In this document: positions 1 to 12,645 of the stretch, one piece after another
Layout: each line of letters begins with the position of its first letter
Numbering within the stretch: the stretch's first letter is position 1
Assembly: GCF_036321535.1 (NCBI RefSeq)
Contig: NC_087437.1
Coordinates: 87,856,001 to 87,920,000, forward strand
From: Camelus dromedarius
Taxonomy: Eukaryota
Length of the DNA: 64,000 nucleotides
Direction: 5' to 3'
Notes under the pieces: generated by a model
Databases searched by the model: none
Seen by the model: the letters and a program-made list of their open reading frames with translations, nothing else
What the model was told of the DNA's origin: nothing
Made by a program: the position numbers and the translations under genes

Positions 1-2919
1 TTGCAAAGCCACACCAAGGACTTTAGTGAGCTGTAGCACAGTTACATTGTAGGGCTGGTACAGTAGTTCTTCCAAAGAAAATTTCTAAACAAACTGAACA
101 GGAGAAGAGTCTTGTGGAAAACTGTGTTTCAACATCTAATGCTAACTGCACATTAATACAATTAGAAAGCACACCAAGTCCCCAGCAGATACTATAAATA
201 TTTCTTTAGAACATTTATTCTTTATGCTTACCATAAATTACTCCTTTTTATTGGGGCAGGGGAATCCTAATGTTTTGTATCTGATATTTGGTCCTCACTA
301 ACTTCACCATACATGGGAGTCAACAAATGATTGGTCACAGAACATGTTAAAGGCCTCCTAAGGCTAAGTCTGTCTGAGGTTTTATAATCTTTCCCGGGCA
401 CATGGAACTAAATAAATGGTATATCATCATATTCCAGGCATTTATCTCAGGATAGAAACATTTTACAGGTTTGTCACCTATGAAAACATGATTATGAATA
501 GACACTTATTAGTATTCATACAACATTTATACACACCCACCCCCACACAGATAGACAAACTAAACAAATGGAAGTGATCTACCATATTTCAGTACCTTTT
601 CAGAATTAGTGCATTTTAATAAACAACTATGCCAATTATTTTTTAATGAATAGTATAGGGTGTCAGAGAACACTGAAGGTAAAATTAAGTCCCCAAAGTA
701 AATTTTTCTTCTATGTTAAAAATGGAGAAATTAAAAATGAGACAGAAAATTCCTGCTAATACACATGCCAGTTTTAAACACTAGCAATGCAAAGATGTGT
801 GTGGCAACAAGGAGCAGCCGACCTTTTAAAATTTCATTTTGCACATTATCTGTTTATTATACTGGACTCTGACCACACATTCCTATTAAGATCATGACAT
901 ATTAGCAAAAGAGAGGGCTACTTGCTTCAAGCTAATTTGGAGAAGTGTTTGCAGAAGTGCAACAGCGTGGCGTGGCACTTTAGCAATGGGAATGAAAGGG
1001 GACATGAGAAATGTCAACGGCAGTCATGTGTAACACAGGCAGAGAAGAGTGCATATTAATTCAGGAAAATCTGGCCCCACTCCAAGGATTTTTACAATCC
1101 CTAGACTATGTTTAAGAAGTTCTCAAAATTGAATCACACATTTAAAAGGGGGGAAAAAAAACAACTAACTGCATCCAATTCAGGTATGAAACTAAAGATA
1201 AGGAAATTCAGGCAGCCCTTGGCTGTGTGGCTTGAGCAGATAAAAATGGAAACTGTCCAAACTCTTTGACTGTAGAAAAGTCTCAACATTTGCGTTTTGT
1301 TTCATTTTATTCTTCAGGCAGTATATTAACACAGGGGGATTACTATTATAATTTTCATTAACGTGGAATGCTCTAGATTCCCATTGAACACATAATGTAT
1401 TATTGAAACCTTGATTTCTAATTTTTAACGGTTGAGAAAGCCAGTGATTATATCCAGCAGAAAAGAAGTAATTTAGTAATAAGAATTGAAATCAGCCTGT
1501 TTCTACCCAGATGAAATGAGGAGATGGCTGAAATGCAACAATAAAATTAGCTGGATAATTCAGACAAATAAGTTTTAATTTACTGATATTGAGACAAATA
1601 CGATAGTGGAGTGGCTAGAGCTTAGAAAAGGGTTATTTGGATAAATTAAGTTTCAGACAAATGGAGATTTGATACTTCAAGTTCTGGAAATTTCATTTTC
1701 ATCCTTTTATGAACACATTTCTAAAATATGTTACACTATTCCTTATTATTATTTTAAAAAATGAAGCATGCTGATTTTCCTTAATAAGATTATTTTATGG
1801 ATGATATTTTCAAGTACTAAGAAAATTTTTAAATGTGTCCCTAGACTGATCAAATACTGCTGCAGCATTTAAATGTGACAAAGAAACGTGCTCAGAATTA
1901 TTGAAGTAAGTATGATTTTTCTCTTTTGCTGCCTGTCCCTAGCGCTCACTGTTTTTCTGGTCAGTGCTTCTTCCTTCTTTCACCCACAGGCAGCTTTGTC
2001 ATCCTTTGCTGTTTTTCACAGTACCTATCATTGCTTCTGAGTTCAGCTGCCATTTCTCTTGTCTGTCACTTTTTTCCCTTCTTCTACCACATTATTTTTT
2101 TTTCTTTCTTACCTTCCTTTGTATGACTTAAAAGTTTTATGTCTTCACTGTAATCTGTTAAAAACTGATTTTGGAAGCTAGCACCGGATATGTGAATGCT
2201 GGTTATTTTTTTTCCTGTAACTTTTGCATTGCTAACTTTTCCGGCAATTTTTGTTGATGTTCATGCTCAGTAGCCTTAATTTCAAATTATTTCTCATTTT
2301 TTTTTATTATTTAAGACTGTTGAGTGTGCCAGCACCTGAGAGGCTCTGTCTACAGTGACTAACTTCTTATTTTTTTATAATACTGTAAATGTGTGCTTTC
2401 CTCCAAGGGTTTTAAAGTCTTTCCCAAGTTTTTCCCTGGATAATTAAGTTCCCTCTTTTGTTTTTTCATAAATGTTTCCATGATAGTGACATTCCATATC
2501 AAAATATAAAAATACTTATGGAAAATTCCTTTCCTTTAAATATATAGTTTGTATCAGAAGAATGTTACTCCTAAAAGACTGGGGTAGGGGGAAGGCATAA
2601 CTAATTCAGAAATATCATTTAAGTTAACAAGAATTTATTACATATCAGTCCATTCTCAGACTTAAAACTACATGGAGCTTAATGATGCAGGGAAATGATC
2701 CAAAGCCATGTTAGAGATTTTAAGAAATGCCAAAATAAGATCATTTCCTTAGAGGTAGTTTTTGCCTTAAAGAAATTATATTTCATTGATTGTTGCTGGC
2801 TGATTAACTTATTGCTTCAACTTTCAGAATGCTGTTAAAGACAATCTTTGCCATTAAAAAAAAAAATACAGTACTACACTCATATTATTAAGACCAAAGT
2901 GGCATTCTTACTTAGGAAC

Positions 2920-3245
2920 TGTTAAGATAAACTGAGGCATATTAAAAAACTGTAAGAGTTTATTTGAGCAAAAGTCAATTGGAATTGAGAAGTCCCAAAT
3001 CGGAAGCGGTTAGGCACATTCTGCCAACAGGAGCCAGGGGAAGGACTTAAACAGAGAAAGCGCAGAAGCAAAGAAAGGAGATTGCTGGATTGGCTATAGC
3101 TTAAAGCCTAGCTGACTGTGATTGGTTGTCCTTAGCGTTTTGATTTCATCACCATGAAGCCTTCACAGGCTTAGATTTTGGTTTGCTTATGTTGGCCACC
3201 ATGGCCTCCTGAGTATAATGGCCTCCTAGTTTAATTCATTCAACA
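2920..3245 (-). mobile_element. Solo ERV LTR (probably ERV1 class)
   Basis: TGTT...AACA termini; on - strand CCAAT boxes and AATAAA about 40 bp from the end; no clean TSD. Confidence 0.65.
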
Positions 3246-4555
3246 ACACATAAGTATGTTGACGGGTTGTGTTACTTTGATAGCTTTTGCCATACAATCC
3301 AATTCTATTGGCTAATTGACAGTCCCTTGGACGCTGGTTTCTGCTTACATGTCCAGGCTGACTTCTGTGTCTATGCCCATCACTGAAGCACTTTGTCATG
3401 CCACCCTGACATAACTATTGTCACTTGATTTCTCTCTATATTCATTTCTGTCTTTATTATCATTCTCCTAACTCCCATTCTCTTTGGCTAACTTTGGTTC
3501 TTCACGTCACTTTAGAAGTTATTCCTCTGAGAAACCTTTCAGATGCCCCACCCCAAGTCCAGGCCAGAGTACATAGCATCACCAGCATTAAGACTGCATT
3601 GCTATCTTGACTTTCTGTGCAGTTTCTTCATTTCATAGCCAGCACAACCAATCAAAATTAAGACCTTTCCTGAAATACATGTTAATGACTATTTACTTAG
3701 GATTAGATTTGTTTTCTTTAAACAAAAAGCCAGGCTAATGTTTATATAAACTTTTATCTATTTTATTGTAAAACTTAATGAAAAATATGTAAAAGATATA
3801 ATTCTGAGCACAGAGTAGAAGCTAACATTTATCAGTGACGAACCTGAAAGAATAGGGCATCGAAAAAGGAGGGTAGGGATCTCAGGTGGGCATGAGAGGG
3901 ATGCATGGGAAATATCACTAGCAAGGTAGCTTTTACCATATTCTGACTAAATGCAGTGGGAATACTTTCCATTTTCAACTGAATCATTTATATGTTAATA
4001 AGGTATCTACAGCAGTCATGTGGCTAGCAATGGAATTAATCATATGTTTTCTATTTAATCCAAAGACACTATGGGATATGCAAATATTCAAATATAATAT
4101 TAATTGAAGCAAAATAATATGACCTTGGAAAAGTGGTAAACCAGAAATTAATGTTTATATGTCCTAAAATCTTATTGTTTGGAAATAATATAGCTATGAG
4201 GGAAAAGGCAGAGACTTGATTCTACCACATGTTGATGGATTTAAATCTGAGATTCTCTGAAGAAATACTCTGAAAAATACAACAGTGTCAAAAATAAGTC
4301 AGAAAGTTAGAGCTTATAAAAAGGAAGAGTGAATATGGACTGTGACTTCTTACTGATGATGTATGGACTGTCTAAATGAAGCTGACATGCTTAGTGCATT
4401 CCATAGGAATAAATAACATTAATAAAGAATGAAAATCTTCAGGGAAAAGGATCCACTCTATATGGACAGCAGTCTGAAAAATGGACAATTAATAGATATA
4501 TTGCTTCAGAAACATCCCCAGATATTTTTAAACTTTGGTTTAGGGTTAGTACAAC

Positions 4556-5202
4556 TGTTGCCGGTGGATCCAACCGGCGTTCCAGGTTCTTGTCCCATCT
4601 CAGAAAGAATTCAGAGACAAGATTTAGAGGTTAAAAAAAGTAAAGTGAGGATTTATTAAAGGATGGATAGTACACTCTCAAGGGGAGAGTGGGCAGGCTC
4701 AGGTGAGCGGCTGCCCTGAGTTTCTTTGCCAAGTTAGCTACATAGGGTGTAAAAATGAATGGGCAGAATATTCACTGAGGAGGGAAGGGCTTAGGGTTGT
4801 ATTTTCTGATTATCATCTCAACTCCACCTTCCCAAAGGGAGGAGGGATTTTTGCCCTTATTCAGTCTGGATCAGAAGTGTCATGGTGTCAGTACTTGATG
4901 AGTACTTCTGATCTGCAAGGCTAATTTTATGGAAATGAGGGCATAATGAGCAAAAGGTTACATTCGGACACTGGAAACTACTGCCTTTTCTGACCTTTCT
5001 TTGTTGGTCTCCAGGCCAAAAGGTGTGGCCCCTTATCAGCCCAAAGATTCCTGCTTTTCTTTCTCTGCCCAGGGACCCCTGGTTCTTATGTGATGTATGT
5101 TTTCCTGCATTTGGCTTGTACCCCTCCTTTCTGCCCAATTCTTGCCATTTGGTCTGTGTCCCCCTTTCCCTGCTCATATCTAGGTATCTGCCTGCTCTAA
5201 CA
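4556..5202 (-). mobile_element. Solo ERV1-type LTR
   Basis: TGTT...AACA termini, 4-bp flanks CAAC/CACC (1 mismatch), AATAAA on - near 4652, retained CpGs. Confidence 0.8.
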
Positions 5203-5273
5203 CACCTATTTAATGGGGTGTCTATATATGTGTATTTCCCTATTTATGTGTGTGGATAGATAGGTGATGATTG

Positions 5274-5274
<1 letters not shown>

Positions 5275-5322
<48 letters not shown>
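5275..5322. repeat. (GATA)n microsatellite
   Basis: About 12 tandem GATA units followed by GATC variants. Confidence 0.97.
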
Positions 5323-5747
5323 CGATCGATCAGTGATATCCAAAATCTACTTATAAAATCACTATTCAGATAAATGTATGTCTATACCATGAACTCTTAA
5401 TCCCAGAGCCATCTGTCTCCTTTGACTTCCACAGCTCACTAGTAGCCATCAGTGTATCTCTGATTCCTTGGTCTATAAGCCTCTTGTCAATGTACTAAAC
5501 TAATAGGAAGCACTATTACCCAAAGCTCATTTATCCACAGTAGTCTCCTAATGGTTGTTTTTAACTTCAGTCTTTCTTCTAAATTGTTCATCACGCCTGC
5601 CACTATCAGCCCTTAGAAGGTAGAAATAAAGCATGAGAATTTATTGCATGCCTACCAATCTAAGGGCAGTTCTGAACTTACAAAAGTGATTTATAAATAT
5701 TTACTGAAAGACACAGCTTGAAATTTCTCCTTAAGAATCTAGCCCAA

Positions 5748-6357
5748 GCTCTCTCTTTCCAGATCTGGCTAAGGAGGAAGCGAGTTGACATCCGCCACAA
5801 CAAGGACCGAAAGATTCGGTGCAAGAAGCCCAAGAGCCAGGATCTCTTTCTAAGGCTGTTGGTCGAGCTGTACAGGTTTCTGGCCAGACGAACCAACTCC
5901 ACCTTCAATCAAGTTGTGCTGAAGAGATTGTTTATGAGTCGCACCAACCGGCCACCTCTGTCCATTTCTTGAATGATCCGAAGATGAAGCTTCCTGATTG
6001 GAAAGGCAAAACAGTTATGGTTGTGGGGACCATAACCAATGACGTGCGTGTCCAGGAGGTGCCCAAGCTGAAGGTGCGTGCCCTGCAAGCGAGCATCCGT
6101 GCCTGGAGCTGCATCCTCAAGGCGGGGGGCAAGATCTTCACCTTCGACCAGCTGGCCCTGGAATTGCGAAAGGGCTGCGGCACTGCCTTGCTCTCCGGTC
6201 CTTGCAAGGGCCGAGAGGTGTACAGGCATTTTGGCAAGGCCCCAGGAAGCCCATACAGCCACAACAAACCCTATGTACTCTCCAAGGGCCAGAAGTTCGA
6301 GCAAGCCAGGGGATAACTTGTTATTAAAAAGATTTTGGATGCCAGGAAAAAAAAGAA
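5748..6357 (+). pseudogene. RPL18: Processed pseudogene of 60S ribosomal protein L18
   Basis: ORFs 5718 and 5819 give [10 protein letters not shown]...[12 protein letters not shown] and KMKLP...VQEVPKLKV...HFGKAPG...KFEQARG. Intronless; 5' TOP-like ctctctttcc; ATG missing; TGA at 5970-5972 plus a 1-nt frameshift; ATTAAA 6323-6328; A-rich tail; TSD AAGAATCTAGCCCAA at 5733-5747 and 6358-6372 after TT. Confidence 0.97.
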
Positions 6358-7920
6358 AAGAATCTAGCCCAAACAACAAAAGACAATTAAGATGATAAAA
6401 TTTAGCTCTGACTTTTGATTTAGTAATAAAGTTAGTAATCTATAGTCAAATTCTTTTCAGAATTTTATGTCAACTATGAAGCCAGTAAAATCTGAGCAGA
6501 TGGCAGGAGTACTGAGGATTGAAGGTTGAAGACATAGCAGTGTTTGGGGGCGGGGACAAGGAAACTGCATAATAATGCATTTTTTAGAGTCTAAATTGAA
6601 CTGTATCTCTGTGACAGTTATTTAGGAAATTCCAAGTTCTTCATGGTTTTCTTAAGTATGGAGTCTGGCAATAAAAAAGAAATCTGGCATTTATCTTGTG
6701 GAATTCAGGCAGCCACAGAAGCCCAAATAAATCTAATTTCCATGATTCCTGTGATTTTAATAGCCATTTGCTGCATGGAAACTGTGTGTTTGCTATTAAA
6801 TGAGAACTATAAATATCATATAATCTGTATACTATAAATATGTAATAATTCTAGAATAACCATGTGACTTCAATTGCTACAAATATAATCAATGCTATGA
6901 ATCCCCATTCTATTAAGAAATCAATAATTTCAGAGGCTTGAGGTCCCACGTGGCAAAGGTAGTAATTTCTATGCATCCTTCCCTCAGAGCTAATTTACAT
7001 GCTTTTTAATGTAAGATAGAAAAATATAAGAAGGTGACAAAACGTCATTTTCATTAAAAACTTCAGATGATGTTAGTTAGGTTTATGTTCCTATCTACAC
7101 CTAATTTTTTTAAATTAGTGGAGAGAGAAGTGCTCCTGAAGCAAAACATAGGCAAAAGTCATAAGATCCTGCCTCATGTAAAACTCCAGAACTTCGTTAT
7201 TAAACAGCATTTAAAACTTGCCCACCAAATTCCTTATGCACAAGGAAAACATCAAATTCCTATGCCAGCAAGCATCATGCCCAGAGAAGAGTCAGTATAT
7301 TTTATAGGGGTGCTTGCAACATCTTTGAAGGAAAAATGTAGGATGGATACAGAGTGAGAACCCCTACCCCTTCCACAAATGCTGGGACACATGCAGAGCT
7401 TTTTGCTGTTAAGAAAACTCATGTATAGAAATGAGTCATTGATGTTTAGCATCATCAAGGAAAGAGAACCTCAGCTCTTCTCATAAGAAGAGTTATATCC
7501 TGTTCCCCTTGCTATATCACTTTGTGTTCCCATTCTAGCTCAGAAATTTAGCTATTAATTGTTTAAAATGAGGGGCATTAATATTTCTAACTTTCAGATT
7601 GAGTTTTAATATTTTAATGCTAGAAGAGAACTTGGATATTGACTAGCCTAGATCAGCAGATTGGGAGTAGGTAGTAAGCCTCCTTTCCAGACATGGACTC
7701 CCAGTTCCCGTCTCTTCCCAGAATGCCACCTGCCAGTTCAGTGTGATAAGACTAATAGGAAGAGAAATGATGTAACAAGAAAGACCCTCTTTTTTCACTG
7801 ATATAAACTTAGGAATATTAACAAAGGGGCATTTCCCAGGGGCCACAAAGTCAAAGCTGGGTTAGGGAAGTTAAAAATAAAACAAAACAAAACAACATTG
7901 TTTTTCTATACAAACACTTC

Positions 7921-8275
7921 TGCTATGGTCTGAATGTTTGTGTCCCCTTAAAATGCATATGTTTAATTCTAACTCCCAATGTTATGGTATCAGGAAGTTG
8001 GGTCTTTGGGAGTCTATGAGGTCATAAGGGAAGAGCCCTCATGGATGGGATTAGTGTCCACAGAGAATAGGCTCCAAAGAGATCCCTAGCTCTCTTCCGT
8101 CACGTGAGGAGAACACAGCATCTGCAGCCTGGACGAGGGCCTTCATCAAACACCAAATCTGTCAGTGTCAGGACCTCAGACTTCCAGCCTTAAGAACTGT
8201 AAGAAATAAATTTCTGTTGTTTATAAGTTAGCCAGTCTGGGTATTTTGTCATAGCAGCATGAACAGACTAAGACA
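7921..8275 (+). mobile_element. MaLR LTR (MLT1A/A0-like)
   Basis: Starts TGCTATGGTCTGAATGTTTGTGTCCCC; aataaatttctgttgtttataag; ends gactaagaca. Confidence 0.88.
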
Positions 8276-8531
8276 GATTCTGACACCAAATATGTGGGTT
8301 TTCCACACTAAGCAATACTCCACTCCTTTTTGAACACCAACTAGGTGTCCTACAGTTTAATTCAATTCTGACACTAACTCTCTGGAGTTAGCACAGACCC
8401 CACAGGTTAAGGGGCTCGGTCCCACACAACTGCCCCCACTTCAGATGCCAATCACAAGTCCCAAGTTGTGACCTGTACAATGACTAACCTCCTATCCATC
8501 AGAGCTTCCCACAAACCCCTCCTCTGTTCAA

Positions 8532-8603
8532 TAGACTCCACATATAAGTGATATCATATGGTATTTTTCTTTCTCTTTCTGGCTTACTTCACTTAGAATG
8601 ACA
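8532..8603 (-). mobile_element. Short internal L1 fragment (ORF2 end/3' UTR)
   Basis: Reverse complement matches the L1 copies at ~55626-55697 and ~57642-57705. Confidence 0.8.
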
Positions 8604-9439
8604 AATTTACTTTTATTACAAGGAAAGGATACAAATCAAAACTAGCCAAAAGAAGAGATGCATAGGGCCAAGTCAGAGAGGGTTCCAGATATGAGGTTTC
8701 CATTGTCTTCAATGGCATGTTACCTTCTCAGCACTCATCTGTGGCAATATACACAGAGTATTGTCAACCCCAGAAGCTTACTTGAGCTTCAGTATCCAGA
8801 GCTTTTTATTGAGGTCTCGTTACATAGGCGTAATTGATTGATTGATTGTCCAGTAGCTGAACTGAGTCTCTAGGTTGACTAATACTGCATGACACAAAGC
8901 TCCCACCCTAAATCATATTGTTGATCTTTCCAGTGTGGCTAAGACTATGAGGTGTGACTGGCACCGCCTTAAGTCACCTCATTAGCATAAACTATCAGAG
9001 GTGGTCCAAGGTGCCCTCTGTGAATAACAAAGACAGGCCTGCCACTCAGGAACCTCCCAGGATTTAGAAGTTACTCATAGACAGGAACAAAAGCCAGACC
9101 TCTCTGGGCAAGGCTAAATTCATTGCCACACATTGTGTCTGTCACTGGGCTCTACCAATAAATTACATACAAAAGACAGTAACAGTCAAAATTCCCACAA
9201 GAAATCGGGATTTTTTGAACCAACAGAAACCTCATTCTCTAGCAGAGACAAAAGATAGGGCAAAAACCGCTTCTGGGAGCACTTGCCTGAAATCATGCAG
9301 TATGAACTTCAGAAAAGGAGTGATGAGTTTGAGTCAAAGAGAAGCCAGTCACCTCATAAGAGAGCATGAGCATTACCCACTTTGCTAAATCTCAAGAGTG
9401 ACTATAGAAGCTCTGGGGACTGGAACCAAGGAAATATTA

Positions 9440-10208
9440 TGGTTGACTGAAACAGAATCGCACGAGAGTTGTGAGTTAAGTTTAACTGGGGACAAAATGA
9501 GGGCTATAGCCCAGGGAACAGTATTTTGGATAACTGAGTGTTGCCAAGTCCAAACTCGTTCTGCTCACCGCACGACAGGCCAATAAATCGGGAGACAAGG
9601 TGTTGGAACAAGGAATAGCGACTTTATTTGGAAAGCCTGCAGACCGAGAGGATGGCAGACTAATGTCTTGGAGAACTGTCCTGCTCTAGTCAGAATACAG
9701 GCTCCTTTTATACAAAAAACAAGGGAGGGGTGTGGTTGTTTGTTGTAACCTTCTTGCTGCAGGCATTCTTTGTTCTTGCAGCCGTCCCCGGGGGCTAGGT
9801 CATGGTGTCCCAGTAAACCTCTAACAAAACAAAGGTTATTCTCTACTACTACTGCTATGTAACTGCTATGAAGAGGTAGTGGGGAAGGTCAGTATATCTG
9901 TGATTTTGGTAGTGGGGAGGGGTACATTCAATCAAATACATTTTTTTGCAAAAGTTACTGTTAGTCACGAGGAGCAAATGGCCGCATTACTGATTTTAGT
10001 GATATGAGGAGATGCAAGAATTGGGTCTCAAAATCTTCTCCTGAAAATATCTGAAGGCCTATTCTGACAGTTTTTTTCCCCAGAGCACAGAGTGCCTCAT
10101 TCCTGATCTCCACACTGAATTCCTCCCAGGGTGTGTTGAAGGTCAGTGTCTGCAGTGGCTTGTAATTTAATCCTTGTAGAGGCAGGTGGCAAATGCCAAT
10201 TTTTAGTT
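9440..10208 (-). mobile_element. ERV1-type LTR split by a nested LTR
   Basis: LTR-like end (T)GGTTGAC; sequence resumes at ~9861 and runs to gccaattttag. Confidence 0.65.
9539..9845 (-). mobile_element. Nested, truncated ERV1-type LTR
   Basis: Begins TGTTGCCAAGTCCAAACTCG; shares its R/U5 segment with the LTRs at 11683-12172 and 34400-34903. Confidence 0.75.
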
Positions 10209-10252
10209 TTATATATATATATGATATTTATATTTTTATATATATATATATG

Positions 10253-10289
<37 letters not shown>
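10209..10289. repeat. (TA)n/(TG)n compound microsatellite
   Basis: Directly visible. Confidence 0.95.
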
Positions 10290-10290
<1 letters not shown>

Positions 10291-11682
10291 CTCAGTACTG
10301 AACAGACCAAAAGTGCTTCTTACCCAGAGACCAAAGTTAGAATCCATATTAGGGAGAGAGACAGCACGGAAAATATTCTGGCATTAGCCTCATTATCCCA
10401 CAGCTATGATCCACAACTGTCTAAAGAAGGAACAGCGGACATTTAGCCAAGAAGACAAGCCCTACAGACAACACAAGCCACGCCTACAGTGATCTGAGAC
10501 TGTTATCCTGGTCCTTTCCCCAAGTAGCTATTGTAAAATCCCTAAAATAAGGGTTTCAGTTTCAGTAAAGCAGGACATAAAGATCTTAGGGGACTATAAC
10601 CTATTTCTTCTCCAGATTTGAGTCAATTATGGAATCTTTTAAGAAGATGGAGAAGTAAGCTGAAGTCCTTGGGACAGAATAAATAGGCTTCAGGTCTGCA
10701 AAGTAAACATGGTTGGGATGTAAATGGTTGAAGGTCCATAAGATTTTTTTGACAATAAATGCCCATTTCCTATAATTTTCTTGGATTCCTAGTAAAGAAG
10801 AAGTCCGTTGTGCCCTTCCCCTCTTAATTGTGCTCAAGAATTTTAATATTAATCACTTCTACACTCTCTCAATTTCATTATTCTCAAATTCTTCTAACCC
10901 CAGACTTTGACATAGATGGGAGGGTTAGAGTTTTATACTGCAAGATACATTAAATTATGAACTCAAGTTAATAACAACAGTTCTTTGTTAGCCTTCTTCA
11001 GAATCAAAATAACACGTAAAAAAATTTTTTATCAGACCACTAGCTTTCAGAGAGAGAGAAATTAAGTAGATCCCACTCAGAGAAAGATCAGGGACCTCTG
11101 ACATAATCTAACTTCCAAAATGAGCAAAAACAAAAAGAGATTAAGTATCTTCCCCAAGGTCACAGTGCTAGTTAGGAATATAACAAGATCTAGAAGGCAG
11201 TCTTCCTAAAGTGAAAGCCTTCCTCCCAAAACAAATCATCTAAAAGTTATTGTATCTGTACTTCAATGATCAACTTCCCAGTTGAAATCCTGTAGAAATA
11301 TACATATGGGTAAGAAACTAATCAAATGATTTTCTTACCTTGCTACTGCACACAAAGCTATAAGAGACAAGGTCAGAGTTCTCTTAAGCAAAGGCTAAAG
11401 CATAGTAATTCACTGCCTGCTAATATTTATCACTCATCTCATAATTCATATAAGAAGATATTAAAACCATGCTTCACCCAGGTTTCCAGATTTCCTAAAA
11501 ACTACTTTCTGTACTACATTCCATATATCTTTATTTAATCCACCATCAATTTACTTCACAGTGGTAACTTGGAAAGTAACTTGCCCACTTCCTTATTCAC
11601 ACACAGCCAAGTGAGAGATTCCAGATTGTGAAAAACATGACTTGGGAAGACTGCTCCTTCAACAGGCTGTGTTTAGTGAATT

Positions 11683-12172
11683 TTTAATGGAGAAGAAAAA
11701 ATCTGACTCTACAGTGGAGCTGTTTCTTTTGCTTTAACCTTTGTATTCTATTGCTTCTGCTACACGTTAATCACTGAAGACATGTTGCCTATCAGCTTAA
11801 ATTATACATCAAAGCCCATCTCTGGGAACTCTGCCTTCCAGGTAATAAGCGTTAAGCTAAAATATCTTTGTTCAGCTCACAGGAAACATCCTGATCAGAC
11901 CCACCTGTGAATGACTGTAAGAAGAAAGAAATTAACATACCCCCCTCAAGGGCTGACTGGAACCAGGATATGTTTGACTTTACGCCCTCCTCTTTTAGTA
12001 GAAAAGAAACCAGAATTCTAACTCAGGTAAGATGGTTCTTTGGGACACTAGTCTACCATCTTCTTCGTATGCTGGCTTTCTAAATAAAGCCATTTTTCCT
12101 TGCCTCAGCAACTTGTTCCTCGATTTACTGGTCTGTTGTGTGGTGAGCAGTACAAATTTGGACTCTATAACA
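11683..12172 (+). mobile_element. Solo ERV1-type LTR
   Basis: Ends ...TATAACA; AATT 4-bp TSD on both sides; AATAAA near 12083; reverse-complement homolog at 34400-34903. Confidence 0.85.
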
Positions 12173-12193
12173 AATTGAGTGTAAAAACTAACA

Positions 12194-12645
12194 CAGGCAT
12201 ACCTTGGAGATATTGCTGGTTCCGCTCCATATCACTTCAGTAAAGAAAGTCACACAAATTTTTTGGTTTCCCAGTGCATATAAAATCTGTATTTACACTA
12301 TACTGTAGTCTATTAAGTGTGCAATAGTATTATGTCTAAAAAAAAACATTGTACATACCTTAATTAAAAAGTAGTTTATGCTAAAAACTGCTAACCATCA
12401 ACTGAGCCTTTAGTGAGTCCTAATAGTAACATCAAAGATCACACACAGATCACCATAACAAATATAATAATGATTAAAAGTTTGAAATATTGTGAGAATC
12501 ACCAAACTGTGTCACATAGACATGAAATGATCAAATGTTGGAAAAATGACACCAAAAGACTTACTTGACACAGGGTTGCTACAAAGCTTCAATTTGTATC
12601 TGTAGTAGCAATAAAGCAAATCACACTAAAATGAGGTATGCCCTG
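12194..12645 (-). mobile_element. Internally deleted Tigger1 (Tigger1a-like) TcMar DNA transposon
   Basis: TIRs CAGGCATACCT...GAGGTATGCCCTG; internal Tigger1 end sequence gtcacacaaattttttggtttcccagtgcatataaaa. Confidence 0.88.

Larger units (their letters stand above)
7861..9132 (-). mobile_element. MER21-family LTR, interrupted by an MLT1A LTR and an L1 snippet
   Basis: Recognisable motifs acacttc|tgacaccaaa, ttcaattctgacacta, cccacaggtt...gcccccacttcagatgccaatc, cacctcattagcataaa; left boundary approximate. Confidence 0.7.

Noticed and set aside
5678..6395. Overlapping ORFs up to 165 aa as functional genes
   Set aside because: All are frames or antisense shadows of the disabled RPL18 retrocopy
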